NCBI GenBank assembly: GCA_038232055.1 | Contig: JBBSIN010000006.1 | Span: forward strand, 1 to 55,965 | Origin: Mycobacteriales bacterium | Lineage (GTDB): Bacteria > Actinomycetota > Actinomycetes > JADGOV01 | DNA length: 55,965 bases | Reading direction: 5' to 3' | Part shown: positions 1 through 9,089 of the stretch, in pieces | Layout of the letters: every line of letters begins with the position of its first letter | Numbering within the stretch: the stretch's first letter is position 1 | The notes under the pieces: model-generated | The model's input: the letters and a program-made list of their open reading frames with translations, nothing else | Told to the model about the DNA's origin: nothing | Databases searched by the model: none | Program-made: the position numbers and the translations under genes

Positions 1-5
1 CGCGG

Positions 6-966
6 TCAGGCCGGGCGCGGGAACAGCGCATCGCTGCCACCGGCGACGACCAGCACGGGCACCTTGATCCGGTGCAGGTTGGCGAGGTTGGTCTTGACGG
101 CCGCGGGCGCCGACAGAATGTCGCCGCAGGGATCGATGTTGAGGCGCAGCAGCGCCGCCTTCAACACTCTGCGGTCCACGTCGTGGAACAGGGCGCGCGG
201 CGCCACCCTCGGAGGTACGAAGGCGCGTACCCGCTGGGGCCGAAGCCGTCCACCCCGCTGTCCACCGGCAGCGCACCTGCGGGTCTGCTGCGCGAGCAGT
301 CGCTTCGACAGTCGCGAGACGACCTTGTCGGAGTAGGAGACGACGACGAGCCCGTTGATGTCACCGAAGGAGTAGGCCTCGATCTGGGAGATCAGGCCGC
401 CGAAGGAGTGACCGGCGAGTCACCTTGGCGAACCGCGGAACGGCCGGCCGACTGCCGATCGAGTAGTGCCCGGTGCGGAGATCGGTGATGATCTGGTGGG
501 CGATGTCGGCTCGCGCGCCCAGGCAGATCTTCTTCCCGTACGGCTTGCCGCTGAGGTCATAGCCCAGCCGGTCGATGACCACCGACGCATGACCGGCGCG
601 GGCCTGCGCTGCGGCGTGGTCATAGCCCGGGACGTTCCGGAAGCGCCAGAAGAACTGGCCGACGCCGAGCCCGTGCAGGTAGAGGGTGACCGCATCCATC
701 CGGACGCCATGGGAGAGGCTGCCTCGTGGCGCGACCAAGTGCCCGTTGACCGTGTAGGTCTTGCCGTCAGCGTGACATGGCAACTTGGACCGGTTGACGT
801 TGCGGACCTGGAAGGACACCGCGATGTCGGTGGCGCCGCGGTGACCGCTAGTGGCGGTCGTCGTACGGTCGAGGGCAGGCGATGCGGAGGCGGCGCCCGA
901 GGCGCCGGGCAGGACGAGCCCGCCGACCGCCAGAGCGGTCGCGAGCAGCGGAAGACGACGGCTCAT
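6..966 (-). pseudogene. Secreted alpha/beta-fold hydrolase, frameshifted (pseudogene or sequencing errors); may run off the window edge
   Basis: Signal peptide MSRRLPLLATALAVGGLVLPGASGA from ATG 966; motifs LYLHGLG and IDRLGYD. The nucleophile elbow LAGHSFGG lies in a different frame after ~420. C-terminal IKVPVLVVAGGSDALFP is in ORF 6..206. Confidence 0.7.
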
Positions 967-1085
967 GGTCGTTGATCCCTTTGGCCGGGGAGGCGAGCAA
1001 TGTCCTACTTGCCCGGAATGGCAGGTGCCTTCCGCGCTGCTTCCCCGTTCTCGACCGGTCAACCGCGCACGCGCGCTGCCCGGGA

Positions 1086-1745
1086 TCAGCGGCGCCCGGC
1101 GAGCGGCATCACTGGCGCGACCGTGCGGCCGAATGTCGAGTTGGTCACGCCGGCGAACGAGGCGTACCAGGCCGCGACAGCCGTCAGCAAGCCGAGCCAT
1201 CCGCCTAGCTTGGTGATGCCGGTCTGCTCGCCCAACTCGCCCCAGGCCAACACCCAGAACGTTACGGCTAGCAGCACGAAGACCAAGGCCACCGCGCCCG
1301 TCGTACGCAGCGAGGCGATGAACATGTACGACGTGAAGATCGCCCACATGATGAGGTAGAGACCGACCGCCTTGTACGCGTTGGCGGCCGGCAGCTTCGG
1401 CGCAACGTTGTTGACGAGGTAGAAGAAGGAGAGCCAGAACGCGCCGAACGACGCGAACGCGGTCGCGCCGAACGTGTTCGCCTTCTTGAACTCCCACATC
1501 CCGGCGAGCAGCTGCGCGAGGCCGCCGTAGAAGAGGGCAAGTGGCAGGACGACGGCCTCGAGCCGCGCGTCCTTCACGATTCCGGCGTTGAAGCAGGACA
1601 GCACGAACGTCGTGCCGGCGAACGCGGCCAGGCCGAGCGGTCCTGGATCGGCGATCGTCGGATCCGCGACGCTCGGGGCGGCGGCGTTCGGTACTCGCTC
1701 GGTCGCGGTGCCGGTGTCGTCTGCGCGGGTCTCGCTCGTGGACAT
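1086..1745 (-). CDS. satP: Acetate/succinate uptake transporter, GPR1/FUN34/YaaH family
   Basis: Signature ADPGPLGLAAF, FYGGLAQLLAGMWEF..NTFGATAF..FGAFW; about six TM segments; AGGAGG RBS upstream. Confidence 0.9.
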   Translation of the reverse strand: MSTSETRADDTGTATERVPNAAAPSVADPTIADPGPLGLAAFAGTTFVLSCFNAGIVKDARLEAVVLPLALFYGGLAQLLAGMWEFKKANTFGATAFASFGAFWLSFFYLVNNVAPKLPAANAYKAVGLYLIMWAIFTSYMFIASLRTTGAVALVFVLLAVTFWVLAWGELGEQTGITKLGGWLGLLTAVAAWYASFAGVTNSTFGRTVAPVMPLAGRR

Positions 1746-1957
1746 GTCGGCCCTCCTGCTCGGTGACGGGGCGGCCGAGAAGTGGCCGCGGTACGGCGGC
1801 AGGCTGATACCCGCCTCACGGCGAAAGAATCAACGGACATCCTGGGGCCGGTCGCAGTGGCCTGACCATGTCGGAAACAGGACAGTCCTGGTTTGGCAAA
1901 AGTGGCCGCACTTGCGCCACCGCGGAGCTAGCGTGCCCCACGGCATGAGGGGACGGC

Positions 1958-3841
1958 ATGACTAGACCAGCCCGGGTAGCAGTGGCGGCAATCGTTGCCG
2001 TGAGTGGCTTCGTCGCGACTGCGGGTACGGCAACCGCGGTCGGTCGTTCGGCCGGCTCACCAGTGGCCACCACGCCGACCACGGCGTACACCTACACGGT
2101 CAACTCGGCAACCGCTGACAGCAAGGACGCCGACCTGCTCGACCACGCCTGTGCCGGCGTCTGCGGGCTGAGGGGTGCGATCGAGCAGGCGAACTTCAAC
2201 TGCACGGAAGGTCCCAACCCGGACCCGAGCATCGGTACGACGATCCGGTTCGCGATTCCAGGTGCCGGCGTACACACCATCACGCCGACTCGCTCGACCG
2301 CGTCGGGCGACGCGCACCCTGCCCTGCTGCCGGGCATTGTCTGTCCGGTCGTTCTCGATGCGACCAGTCAGCCGGGTTACGCCGGACGTCCCCTGATCGA
2401 GCTCGACGGGTCGGCATCCGCGGCGGCTGGCGAGTTGGCTTACGGGCTGAAGTTCACCGCGAACACGCTCGGCAGCGTCGTGCAGGGGCTTACCGTCAAC
2501 CGCTGGCACGGACCCGGCATCGCGGTCAGCGGGCCTGGCGGCTCGCAGGCGTCCGGCTTCGTCCTCCGCGGCAACTTCATCGGCACCGACCCCACCGGCA
2601 CCGTTGCCCGACCCAACACCGGGCAGGGCATCAGCGTGGCCGGCAACGTGCGGATCACCATCGGCGGCACCGCCTCAGGCGAGGGCAACCTGCTCTCCGG
2701 CAACGGGTCGCCCGGCGCCTCCAACGGTCGCGGAATCGACTTCGGCCCTGGTGACGCCACCGGCAGCCTCGTGCAAGGCAACTTCATCGGCACCGATGTG
2801 AGCGGCACCAAGGCCATCCCGAACTCGGCCGAAGGGATCATGCTCAACAGCAACTTGGGCTCCCTGCTCGGGGGGACGGCGCCCGGCGCCCGGAACCTCG
2901 TCTCGGGCAACAACGGCAACGGCATCGCGGTCTTCGGGTCCGCGGTCGGCAGCCTCACCATGCAAGGCAACTTCATCGGTACGCAGGCGGACGGCGTACA
3001 CGCACTCGGCAACGTCGGCTTCGGTATCGCGCTGCAGAACTCCGGCGGCAAGGACACCATCGGCGGCACGTCGCCCGGCCAGGGCAACACGATCGCCTTC
3101 AACGGCAAGGCGGGCGTCCAGGTGGGCACCGGTGCCGCGCATCGCATCAGCGGCAACAGCTTCTTCGCCAACACCGGCCTGGGCATCGACCTCACGCCGT
3201 GCAGCAACGGCGCCTGTCCCGGTCCGACGCCCAACGACAGTGGCGACCTGGATTCGGGACCCAACCTGTTCCAGAACTTCCCGGTCGTCGGGTCCGTGAC
3301 GTCGACGACGACGTCTTCGACGGTCAAAGGCTCGCTGAGTAGCAAGGCAGGCACGACGTACCAGGTCGAGCTGTTCTCCGCAGCCGCATGTGACCCGTCG
3401 GGCTACGGCGAAGGGAAGAAGTTGCTCGGCGCCACGGCCGTCACGACGACGTCGAGCGGTACGGCGCCCTTCTCCGTCACCGTCCCGCGGGTAGCAGCCG
3501 GCAACGTCGTCACCGCCACGGCGACCGATCCGGCGGGTAACACCTCCGAGTTCTCGCCGTGCCGTGGGCCGCTGACCGTGACGCCGACAGCCGCTGCGCC
3601 TGGCGCGACCGTCAAGCTCGCGGGGAAGGGCTTCGGTGCCGGGCAGACGGTGACGCTGCTGTGGAACTGCCCGATCAGTTCCTGCAGCGGCTCCAGCGTT
3701 CTGGGGACGGTCGTCACCGGCAGCGCCGGGACGTTCAGCGGCAAGGCGGTCAAGGTGCCTGCCACGTCGGTTCCGGGGAAGTACTGGATCGGCGCCCGGG
3801 CGACAGCGGTGTTCGCCACCGTTCCCATCACCGTGAGCTGA
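1958..3841 (+). CDS. Secreted parallel beta-helix repeat protein with CSLREA-like N-terminus
   Basis: Signal peptide; YTVNS..D...CGLRGAIEQAN (CSLREA-like); three GNFIGT-x-x-x-G repeats with IGGT..G.GN.LSGN; TATATD..GNTSEFS motif; C-terminal Ig-like beta domain. Confidence 0.75.
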   Translation: MTRPARVAVAAIVAVSGFVATAGTATAVGRSAGSPVATTPTTAYTYTVNSATADSKDADLLDHACAGVCGLRGAIEQANFNCTEGPNPDPSIGTTIRFAIPGAGVHTITPTRSTASGDAHPALLPGIVCPVVLDATSQPGYAGRPLIELDGSASAAAGELAYGLKFTANTLGSVVQGLTVNRWHGPGIAVSGPGGSQASGFVLRGNFIGTDPTGTVARPNTGQGISVAGNVRITIGGTASGEGNLLSGNGSPGASNGRGIDFGPGDATGSLVQGNFIGTDVSGTKAIPNSAEGIMLNSNLGSLLGGTAPGARNLVSGNNGNGIAVFGSAVGSLTMQGNFIGTQADGVHALGNVGFGIALQNSGGKDTIGGTSPGQGNTIAFNGKAGVQVGTGAAHRISGNSFFANTGLGIDLTPCSNGACPGPTPNDSGDLDSGPNLFQNFPVVGSVTSTTTSSTVKGSLSSKAGTTYQVELFSAAACDPSGYGEGKKLLGATAVTTTSSGTAPFSVTVPRVAAGNVVTATATDPAGNTSEFSPCRGPLTVTPTAAAPGATVKLAGKGFGAGQTVTLLWNCPISSCSGSSVLGTVVTGSAGTFSGKAVKVPATSVPGKYWIGARATAVFATVPITVS

Positions 3842-3919
3842 TCGAAGGCGCGTCGGACCCTTCGGGCGAGCCTGGCGGAACCCTTGCGGGCGACGCTGAG
3901 CTGACCCCCATACTCGTCG

Positions 3920-5065
3920 TCAGCCGCCGAGCGACGGCGCGTCGAGGCGGCCGGGGCCGATCAGGTCCGGACGGACGCCGGCCTCGGCGACGTCGCCCGG
4001 AAGGCTCCTGCCGAGCAGCAGCGCGGCGCCGGCACGCGCGAGAGCCGGTGCCATCTGGATGCCGTAGCCACCCTGTCCGGCGTACCAGAAGAACCCTGGC
4101 TCGTCGTCCCGCGCGCCGACCACGGGTGATCGGTCGGCGACGAAGGAGCGCAGACCTGCCCACGACGTCCGTACCGTCCGCAGGTTGAGGGTCGTGACGG
4201 CGTTGACGTGCTCGAGCGCAAGGGCGATGTCGGTGTCCTCGGGGCGGGCGTCGCATGGTGGCATGGGGAACTCGTCGGCCGGTGAGACAAGCAGCTGGTC
4301 GCCCTCAGGCTTGAAGTAGAACCGCTCGAGCATGTCGATGACGAGCGGCCAGTCCGAGATGGGCGCGGGCCAGCTGACGGGCGTGGTGAACAGCGTGCGC
4401 CGCAGCGAAAGAAGCTTTACCGGCCGTACGCTCGCGCGTTCGGCCACGACGTCCGCCCAGGCGCCGGCCGCGTCCACCACCGTCCCGCACGTGTAGCTTC
4501 CGTTCGGGGTGTCAACCCGCCATCCCGCGCCGTCGGCATGCAGTGCGGTGAGCGGTGCACCCGGAAGGACGCGCGCCCCACGTCGTCGGAGGCCGCGGAC
4601 GTAGCCGGCGTGCAGCGCCATGACGTCGATGTCCATGGCGCTCTCGTCGAGGGCGGCGGCGGTGAGTACGTCGGGCCGCAGGGCGGGACACCGTCGGCAG
4701 GCGTCCGCCGGCGTCAACGGAACGACACCGCCGGAGCGGCCGGCAGCAGCCAGCAGCGCGGGCAGTGCATCGCCGCTCTCGCCGTCAGCCACCCACAGCA
4801 GGGGACGCGGCGAGAGCAGGGTCGGCGTACCCAGCTCGTTCACGAGGCGGTCGAAGTCGGAGCGGCTTGCAGCGGTAAGTGCACGGACCGTCGAGTTGCC
4901 GTAGCTGCGCAGGTACGCGGCCGCCGAGCGTCCGGTGGTGTGGCGGGCCAGTTGCGGCTCGGCCTCGAGAACGAGCACGCGGAGCTCGGCCGCCAGCTCG
5001 TATCCGATGGACACTCCGGCGATGCCGCCGCCGGTGACGACCACGTCGATGGGGGAGTCAGCCAC
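3920..5065 (-). CDS. FAD-dependent oxidoreductase, DAO family (D-arginine dehydrogenase-like)
   Basis: GGGIAG Rossmann motif, HTTGRSAA, AAGAWAD, WAGLRSFVADR.PVVG, AGQGGYGIQ. Confidence 0.85.
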   Translation of the reverse strand: MADSPIDVVVTGGGIAGVSIGYELAAELRVLVLEAEPQLARHTTGRSAAAYLRSYGNSTVRALTAASRSDFDRLVNELGTPTLLSPRPLLWVADGESGDALPALLAAAGRSGGVVPLTPADACRRCPALRPDVLTAAALDESAMDIDVMALHAGYVRGLRRRGARVLPGAPLTALHADGAGWRVDTPNGSYTCGTVVDAAGAWADVVAERASVRPVKLLSLRRTLFTTPVSWPAPISDWPLVIDMLERFYFKPEGDQLLVSPADEFPMPPCDARPEDTDIALALEHVNAVTTLNLRTVRTSWAGLRSFVADRSPVVGARDDEPGFFWYAGQGGYGIQMAPALARAGAALLLGRSLPGDVAEAGVRPDLIGPGRLDAPSLGG

Positions 5066-5083
5066 CTGTCGTCCTCTTCCCGC

Positions 5084-6274
5084 TCAGCGGTCGGCCGCTG
5101 GGGCACCTCGCCAGTCGAGCATGAGCATCGTGGCGTCGTCGCGCAGCTGACCACCGGCGTGCTCCATGAGCGCGGCGATAGTCGTGCGCACCGCCTCGTG
5201 AGGCGGCTCGTCGACGAGTGCGTCAAGGAGCCCGACCAGCCGGGTGTCACCGAATTCCGCACCGCTCTCGGGTGAAGCGGCTTCGAGCAGGCCGTCGCTG
5301 ACGGCGACGACTCGGGAACCTGGTGACAGAACGAGGTGCTCGACCGTGTATTGCTGGTCCTCGAACAGACCGAGCGGCAGCTGCGCCTCCAACGGAATAC
5401 TGCTCACGCCACCGGCGTCCGCCCGAAGCAGGCCCGGCTGTCCCGCGTTGATCACTGACACCTGCCCGGTAGCGAATTCGACCTCGAGCAGCAGCGCCAC
5501 CACGAACTGCTCTCCGCCGAACTGCTGAAAGAGCGCCCGGTGCGCCGCCATAGCGCGCTCGATGAGGGCGTCTCCACTGCGTCGGCCGTTGCGCAATGCG
5601 GTCACGGCCAGAGTGCCGAGCAGGCTCGCCCGTAGCCCATGACCCATGGCGTCGATCACCGACAGTTGCAGGCGAGTGTGGTCGACTGCGTAGTCGAAGT
5701 TGTCGCCGCCCACGTGATAAGCGGGGACGAGCTGGCCTGCGACGGCGAACTCGGCGCCGGCATAGCTACGAACGGGCAGCAGAGCCCACTGCATCTCCGC
5801 GGCGAGGCTGAAACGCTGCCGTCGGCGGGCCCGCTCGAACACGTCCGTGTAGCGGGCCGCGGCCAGCACCATGTGCGCGAGCGCGGCACCGAGTTGGCCG
5901 AGACCCGCCTGGAAAGCCTCGTCAGGCCATGCCGGCAGCCGCATCTGCACGACGCCCAGCCGCTCCGCCCGCAGCGTCACCGGTCCCCACACCCAGGCAC
6001 CGCCGTCGTCGGCACGTTGCATCACGGGCTGCTGCGTGATGAAGGCTTCTCCCGGCTCGCTGCCATCGACCGGCACCGCGGCGTACGGCCCGGCCTGCTC
6101 ACCCGGCTGGAGCCGCAGGAGAACCGCCATGTCGTAGTCCGCCAACAGCAGCGCAACGTCCTGCGCCGCCACGACGTCGGCGAGAAAGTTCGCCACCACG
6201 GCTACCGCGTCGCTCGGTGGCGCCCTATCCAGGGCCGCCAACAACCGCCCGATCGGCCCACTGAGCTCTTCCAT
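5084..6274 (-). CDS. PP2C/SpoIIE-family protein phosphatase with GAF-like N-terminus
   Basis: LAAEMQWALLP, VGGDNFDY, DAMGHG, NAGQP, SDGLLEA and DDATML motifs. Confidence 0.88.
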   Translation of the reverse strand: MEELSGPIGRLLAALDRAPPSDAVAVVANFLADVVAAQDVALLLADYDMAVLLRLQPGEQAGPYAAVPVDGSEPGEAFITQQPVMQRADDGGAWVWGPVTLRAERLGVVQMRLPAWPDEAFQAGLGQLGAALAHMVLAAARYTDVFERARRRQRFSLAAEMQWALLPVRSYAGAEFAVAGQLVPAYHVGGDNFDYAVDHTRLQLSVIDAMGHGLRASLLGTLAVTALRNGRRSGDALIERAMAAHRALFQQFGGEQFVVALLLEVEFATGQVSVINAGQPGLLRADAGGVSSIPLEAQLPLGLFEDQQYTVEHLVLSPGSRVVAVSDGLLEAASPESGAEFGDTRLVGLLDALVDEPPHEAVRTTIAALMEHAGGQLRDDATMLMLDWRGAPAADR

Positions 6275-6351
6275 GGTCGAGCATCCTCGCGCATGACGGT
6301 CGCGCGTCGGCCACCAGTGTCGTGGGGTAAGCCGCGAGATAGCGTCGAGCC

Positions 6352-7518
6352 GTGCCGCATCCCTACGATGCTCTCGACCTGGCCGCGCTGCGCCGGCGAC
6401 GCAGCGCGAAGTGGCGCAAGTACGCCGGCGACGTGCTGCCGGGGTGGGTCGCGGAGATGGACTACCCCCTCGCCGACCCGATCCGCGAGACGCTGGCGCA
6501 GATGGTCGCCGCGAGCGACGTCGGCTACGCCTGGTTCGGCGACCTGCCCGAGATATACGCCGCCTTCGCCAAGGAGCGGTACGGCGCCGAGGTCGACCCA
6601 GGACACGTCCTCGGAATCCAGGACGTCATGCGCGGCGTCCTTGTGGCACTCGACCTTTTCACCGAGCCGGGCGCGGCCGTCGTCGTCAACCCGCCAGTCT
6701 ATCCGCCGTTCTTCACGACGATTCCCTTGGCCGGCCGCCGCGTCGTCGAGGCGCCGATGGCTCGGAACCAGCAGACCGGCCGGTGGAGCCTCGACCTCGA
6801 CGCGCTGGAGCGGGCATTCGTGGACGGCGCGCGGTGCTGGCTGCTGTGCAGCCCGCACAACCCGACCGGTCGGCTGTTCTCCCGCGCGGAGCTGACGGCG
6901 GCGGCCACGCTTGCGGACCGCTACGGCGTGACGGTCCTCGCCGACGAGATCCACGCACCGTTGGCGCTGCGGGGTGCTGCCTTCGTTCCGTGGGCGACGC
7001 TCGACGCCGAGTCGGCGGCCCGCTCGGTGACCTTCGTCTCGGCGTCGAAGGGCTGGAACCTGCCGGGGCTCAAGTGCGCGCTCGCGATCGGCGGCTCGGC
7101 CGACGTCGCGACCCGGCTCCGCAGCGTGCCGGACGAGATCCCGTACGGCGCTGGCCTTCTCGGCATTGCCGCCACCACCGCCGCCTTCCGAGACGGTGTC
7201 GGCTGGCTCGACGACACCCTGGGCTATCTCGCCGAGGTCAGCGACCACCTCGGCGAGCTGCTCGTCGAGCGCCTGCCCGGCGCGCGCTGGGAGCCGCCGG
7301 AGGCGACGTACCTCGGCTGGCTCGACTGCCGGGCCCTCGGGCTCGGCGACGACCCGGCGGCCGCTTTCCTCGACGGTGGCAGGGTCGCCCTCGCCCACGG
7401 TCCGGACTTCGGCGGACCGGGAGTCGGCTACGCCAGACTGACCTTCGCCACGTCACGCGCGATCGTCGAAGAGGCGGTCGAGCGCATGACCGACGCCCTG
7501 GAGACCGCCAAGTTCTAG
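6352..7518 (+). CDS. MalY/PatB family PLP-dependent cystathionine beta-lyase
   Basis: SAKW...WVAEMD, PVYPPF, LCSPHNPTG, DEIH, SASKGWNLPGLK, ATYLGWLD. Confidence 0.9.
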   Translation: MPHPYDALDLAALRRRRSAKWRKYAGDVLPGWVAEMDYPLADPIRETLAQMVAASDVGYAWFGDLPEIYAAFAKERYGAEVDPGHVLGIQDVMRGVLVALDLFTEPGAAVVVNPPVYPPFFTTIPLAGRRVVEAPMARNQQTGRWSLDLDALERAFVDGARCWLLCSPHNPTGRLFSRAELTAAATLADRYGVTVLADEIHAPLALRGAAFVPWATLDAESAARSVTFVSASKGWNLPGLKCALAIGGSADVATRLRSVPDEIPYGAGLLGIAATTAAFRDGVGWLDDTLGYLAEVSDHLGELLVERLPGARWEPPEATYLGWLDCRALGLGDDPAAAFLDGGRVALAHGPDFGGPGVGYARLTFATSRAIVEEAVERMTDALETAKF

Positions 7519-7527
7519 GAGAGCGCC

Positions 7528-8190
7528 ATGTCAGCGAGGTCCCTCGGGCTTTCCGCCGAACTGCACGACTACCTGCTGCGGGTTGGGGTCCGGGAGCCCG
7601 ACGTCCTGCGCCGGCTGCGCGATGAGACGTCGGCGCTGCCGCAGGCGAACATGCAGATCGCGCCGGAGCAAGGCGCCTTCATGGCGCTGCTCGCGGAGCT
7701 GATCGGCGTACGGCGCTGCATCGAGCTCGGCACGTTCACCGGCTACAGCGCCCTCGCGGTTGCCCGCACCCTCCCGTCGGACGGCCGTATGGTCTGCTGC
7801 GACGTCAGCCCCGAGTGGACCGACGTGGCCCGGCGCTACTGGGCCGAGGCGGGCGTCGCCGACCGGATCGAGTTGCGGCTCGCACCCGCGCTCGACTCAC
7901 TCGACGCGTTGCTCGACGAGGGTGCCGCGGACAGCTTCGACTTCGGATTCGTCGACGCGGTCAAGACCGAGTACGCCGCGTACTACGACCGGCTGATCCA
8001 GCTCATCCGGCCGGGCGGCCTGATGCTCTTCGACAACGTCCTGCAGGACGGCGACGTGGCTCGCCCGGACGTGGACAACGACGCCGTCCGGGCCATCCGC
8101 GAGTTCAACGACCGCCTTGCGGATGACGACCGGGTCACCATCGCGATGGTCCCGATCGCCGACGGGCTCACCCTCGCTCGCCGGACCTGA
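7528..8190 (+). CDS. Class I SAM-dependent O-methyltransferase (caffeoyl-CoA OMT-like)
   Basis: MQIAPEQG, ELGTFTGYSAL, FDFGFVDAVK, DNVL, PIADGLTL. Confidence 0.9.
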   Translation: MSARSLGLSAELHDYLLRVGVREPDVLRRLRDETSALPQANMQIAPEQGAFMALLAELIGVRRCIELGTFTGYSALAVARTLPSDGRMVCCDVSPEWTDVARRYWAEAGVADRIELRLAPALDSLDALLDEGAADSFDFGFVDAVKTEYAAYYDRLIQLIRPGGLMLFDNVLQDGDVARPDVDNDAVRAIREFNDRLADDDRVTIAMVPIADGLTLARRT

Positions 8191-8193
8191 CGG

Positions 8194-9027
8194 TCAGGCC
8201 GCGTCGAACGTGTCCGGGTCCGGACCGAGCCGGCCCACCCCGTCGAGCGCGGTCAGGGCACCCAGGTCGGTCTGGGAGAGCTCGAAGTCGAAGACCGCGA
8301 GGTTCTCCCGGATGCGGTCAGGGGTGACCGACTTCGGGATGGCCACGACGCCCAGCTGGACGTGCCAGCGCAGCACGACCTGCGCCGGGGAGCGGCCGTA
8401 GCGCTCCGCCATCTCCCGGACCACCGGGGAGTCGAGCAGGCCGCGCCCCTGGCCGATCGGGCTCCACGCCTCGGTGACGATGTCGTGGGCCTCGTGGACG
8501 TCGCGCAGCTCGGACTGCGGGAAGCCGGGGTGCAGCTCGACCTGGTTGACGGCGGGCACGACGTTGCTCTGCGCCAGCAGAGCCGCAAGGTGCGTGGCCG
8601 TGAAGTTGGAGACGCCGATCGCGCGCGCCCGGCCCTCGGCATAGATGCGCTCGAGGGCGCCCCACGTCTCGACGTACTGACCATGCATGGGCAACGGCCA
8701 GTGGATGAGGTAGAGGTCCACGGTGTCGAGCCCGAGCCGCCGCAGACTCTCGTCGAACTCGCGCAGCGCATTGTCGTGGCCGTGGCCGCCGTTACGCAGC
8801 TTCGTCGTGACGAACAGCTCGTCGCGCGGTACGCCGCTGGCAGCGATCGCCTTGCCGACGCCGTCCTCGTTCTGGTACGCCGCCGCGGTGTCGATGAGGC
8901 GGTAGCCGGCCTCGAGCGCCGTACTCACCGGCTCGACGACCTCGTCGGGTGGGATCTGGAAGACGCCGAAGCCAAGCTGGGGCATCTCCGCGCCGGTGTT
9001 GAGTCGAACGGTGGGGATCGTTGTCAT
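8194..9027 (-). CDS. Aldo/keto reductase (2,5-diketo-D-gluconate reductase-like)
   Basis: PQLGFGVFQ, IDTAAAYQNE, VTTKL, DLYLIHWP, IGVSNF, NQVELHP, IPKS. Confidence 0.92.
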   Translation of the reverse strand: MTTIPTVRLNTGAEMPQLGFGVFQIPPDEVVEPVSTALEAGYRLIDTAAAYQNEDGVGKAIAASGVPRDELFVTTKLRNGGHGHDNALREFDESLRRLGLDTVDLYLIHWPLPMHGQYVETWGALERIYAEGRARAIGVSNFTATHLAALLAQSNVVPAVNQVELHPGFPQSELRDVHEAHDIVTEAWSPIGQGRGLLDSPVVREMAERYGRSPAQVVLRWHVQLGVVAIPKSVTPDRIRENLAVFDFELSQTDLGALTALDGVGRLGPDPDTFDAA

Positions 9028-9089
9028 GCCTTCGTCGTTCCGCGTTGCTCGGGCGGCAACCCTCTCTGCCGACCGGGAATGATGACTCT

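Noticed and set aside
361-1497. 378-aa ORF as a single gene
   Set aside because: Its first half is an off-frame shadow of satP; the real protein starts at ATG 966.
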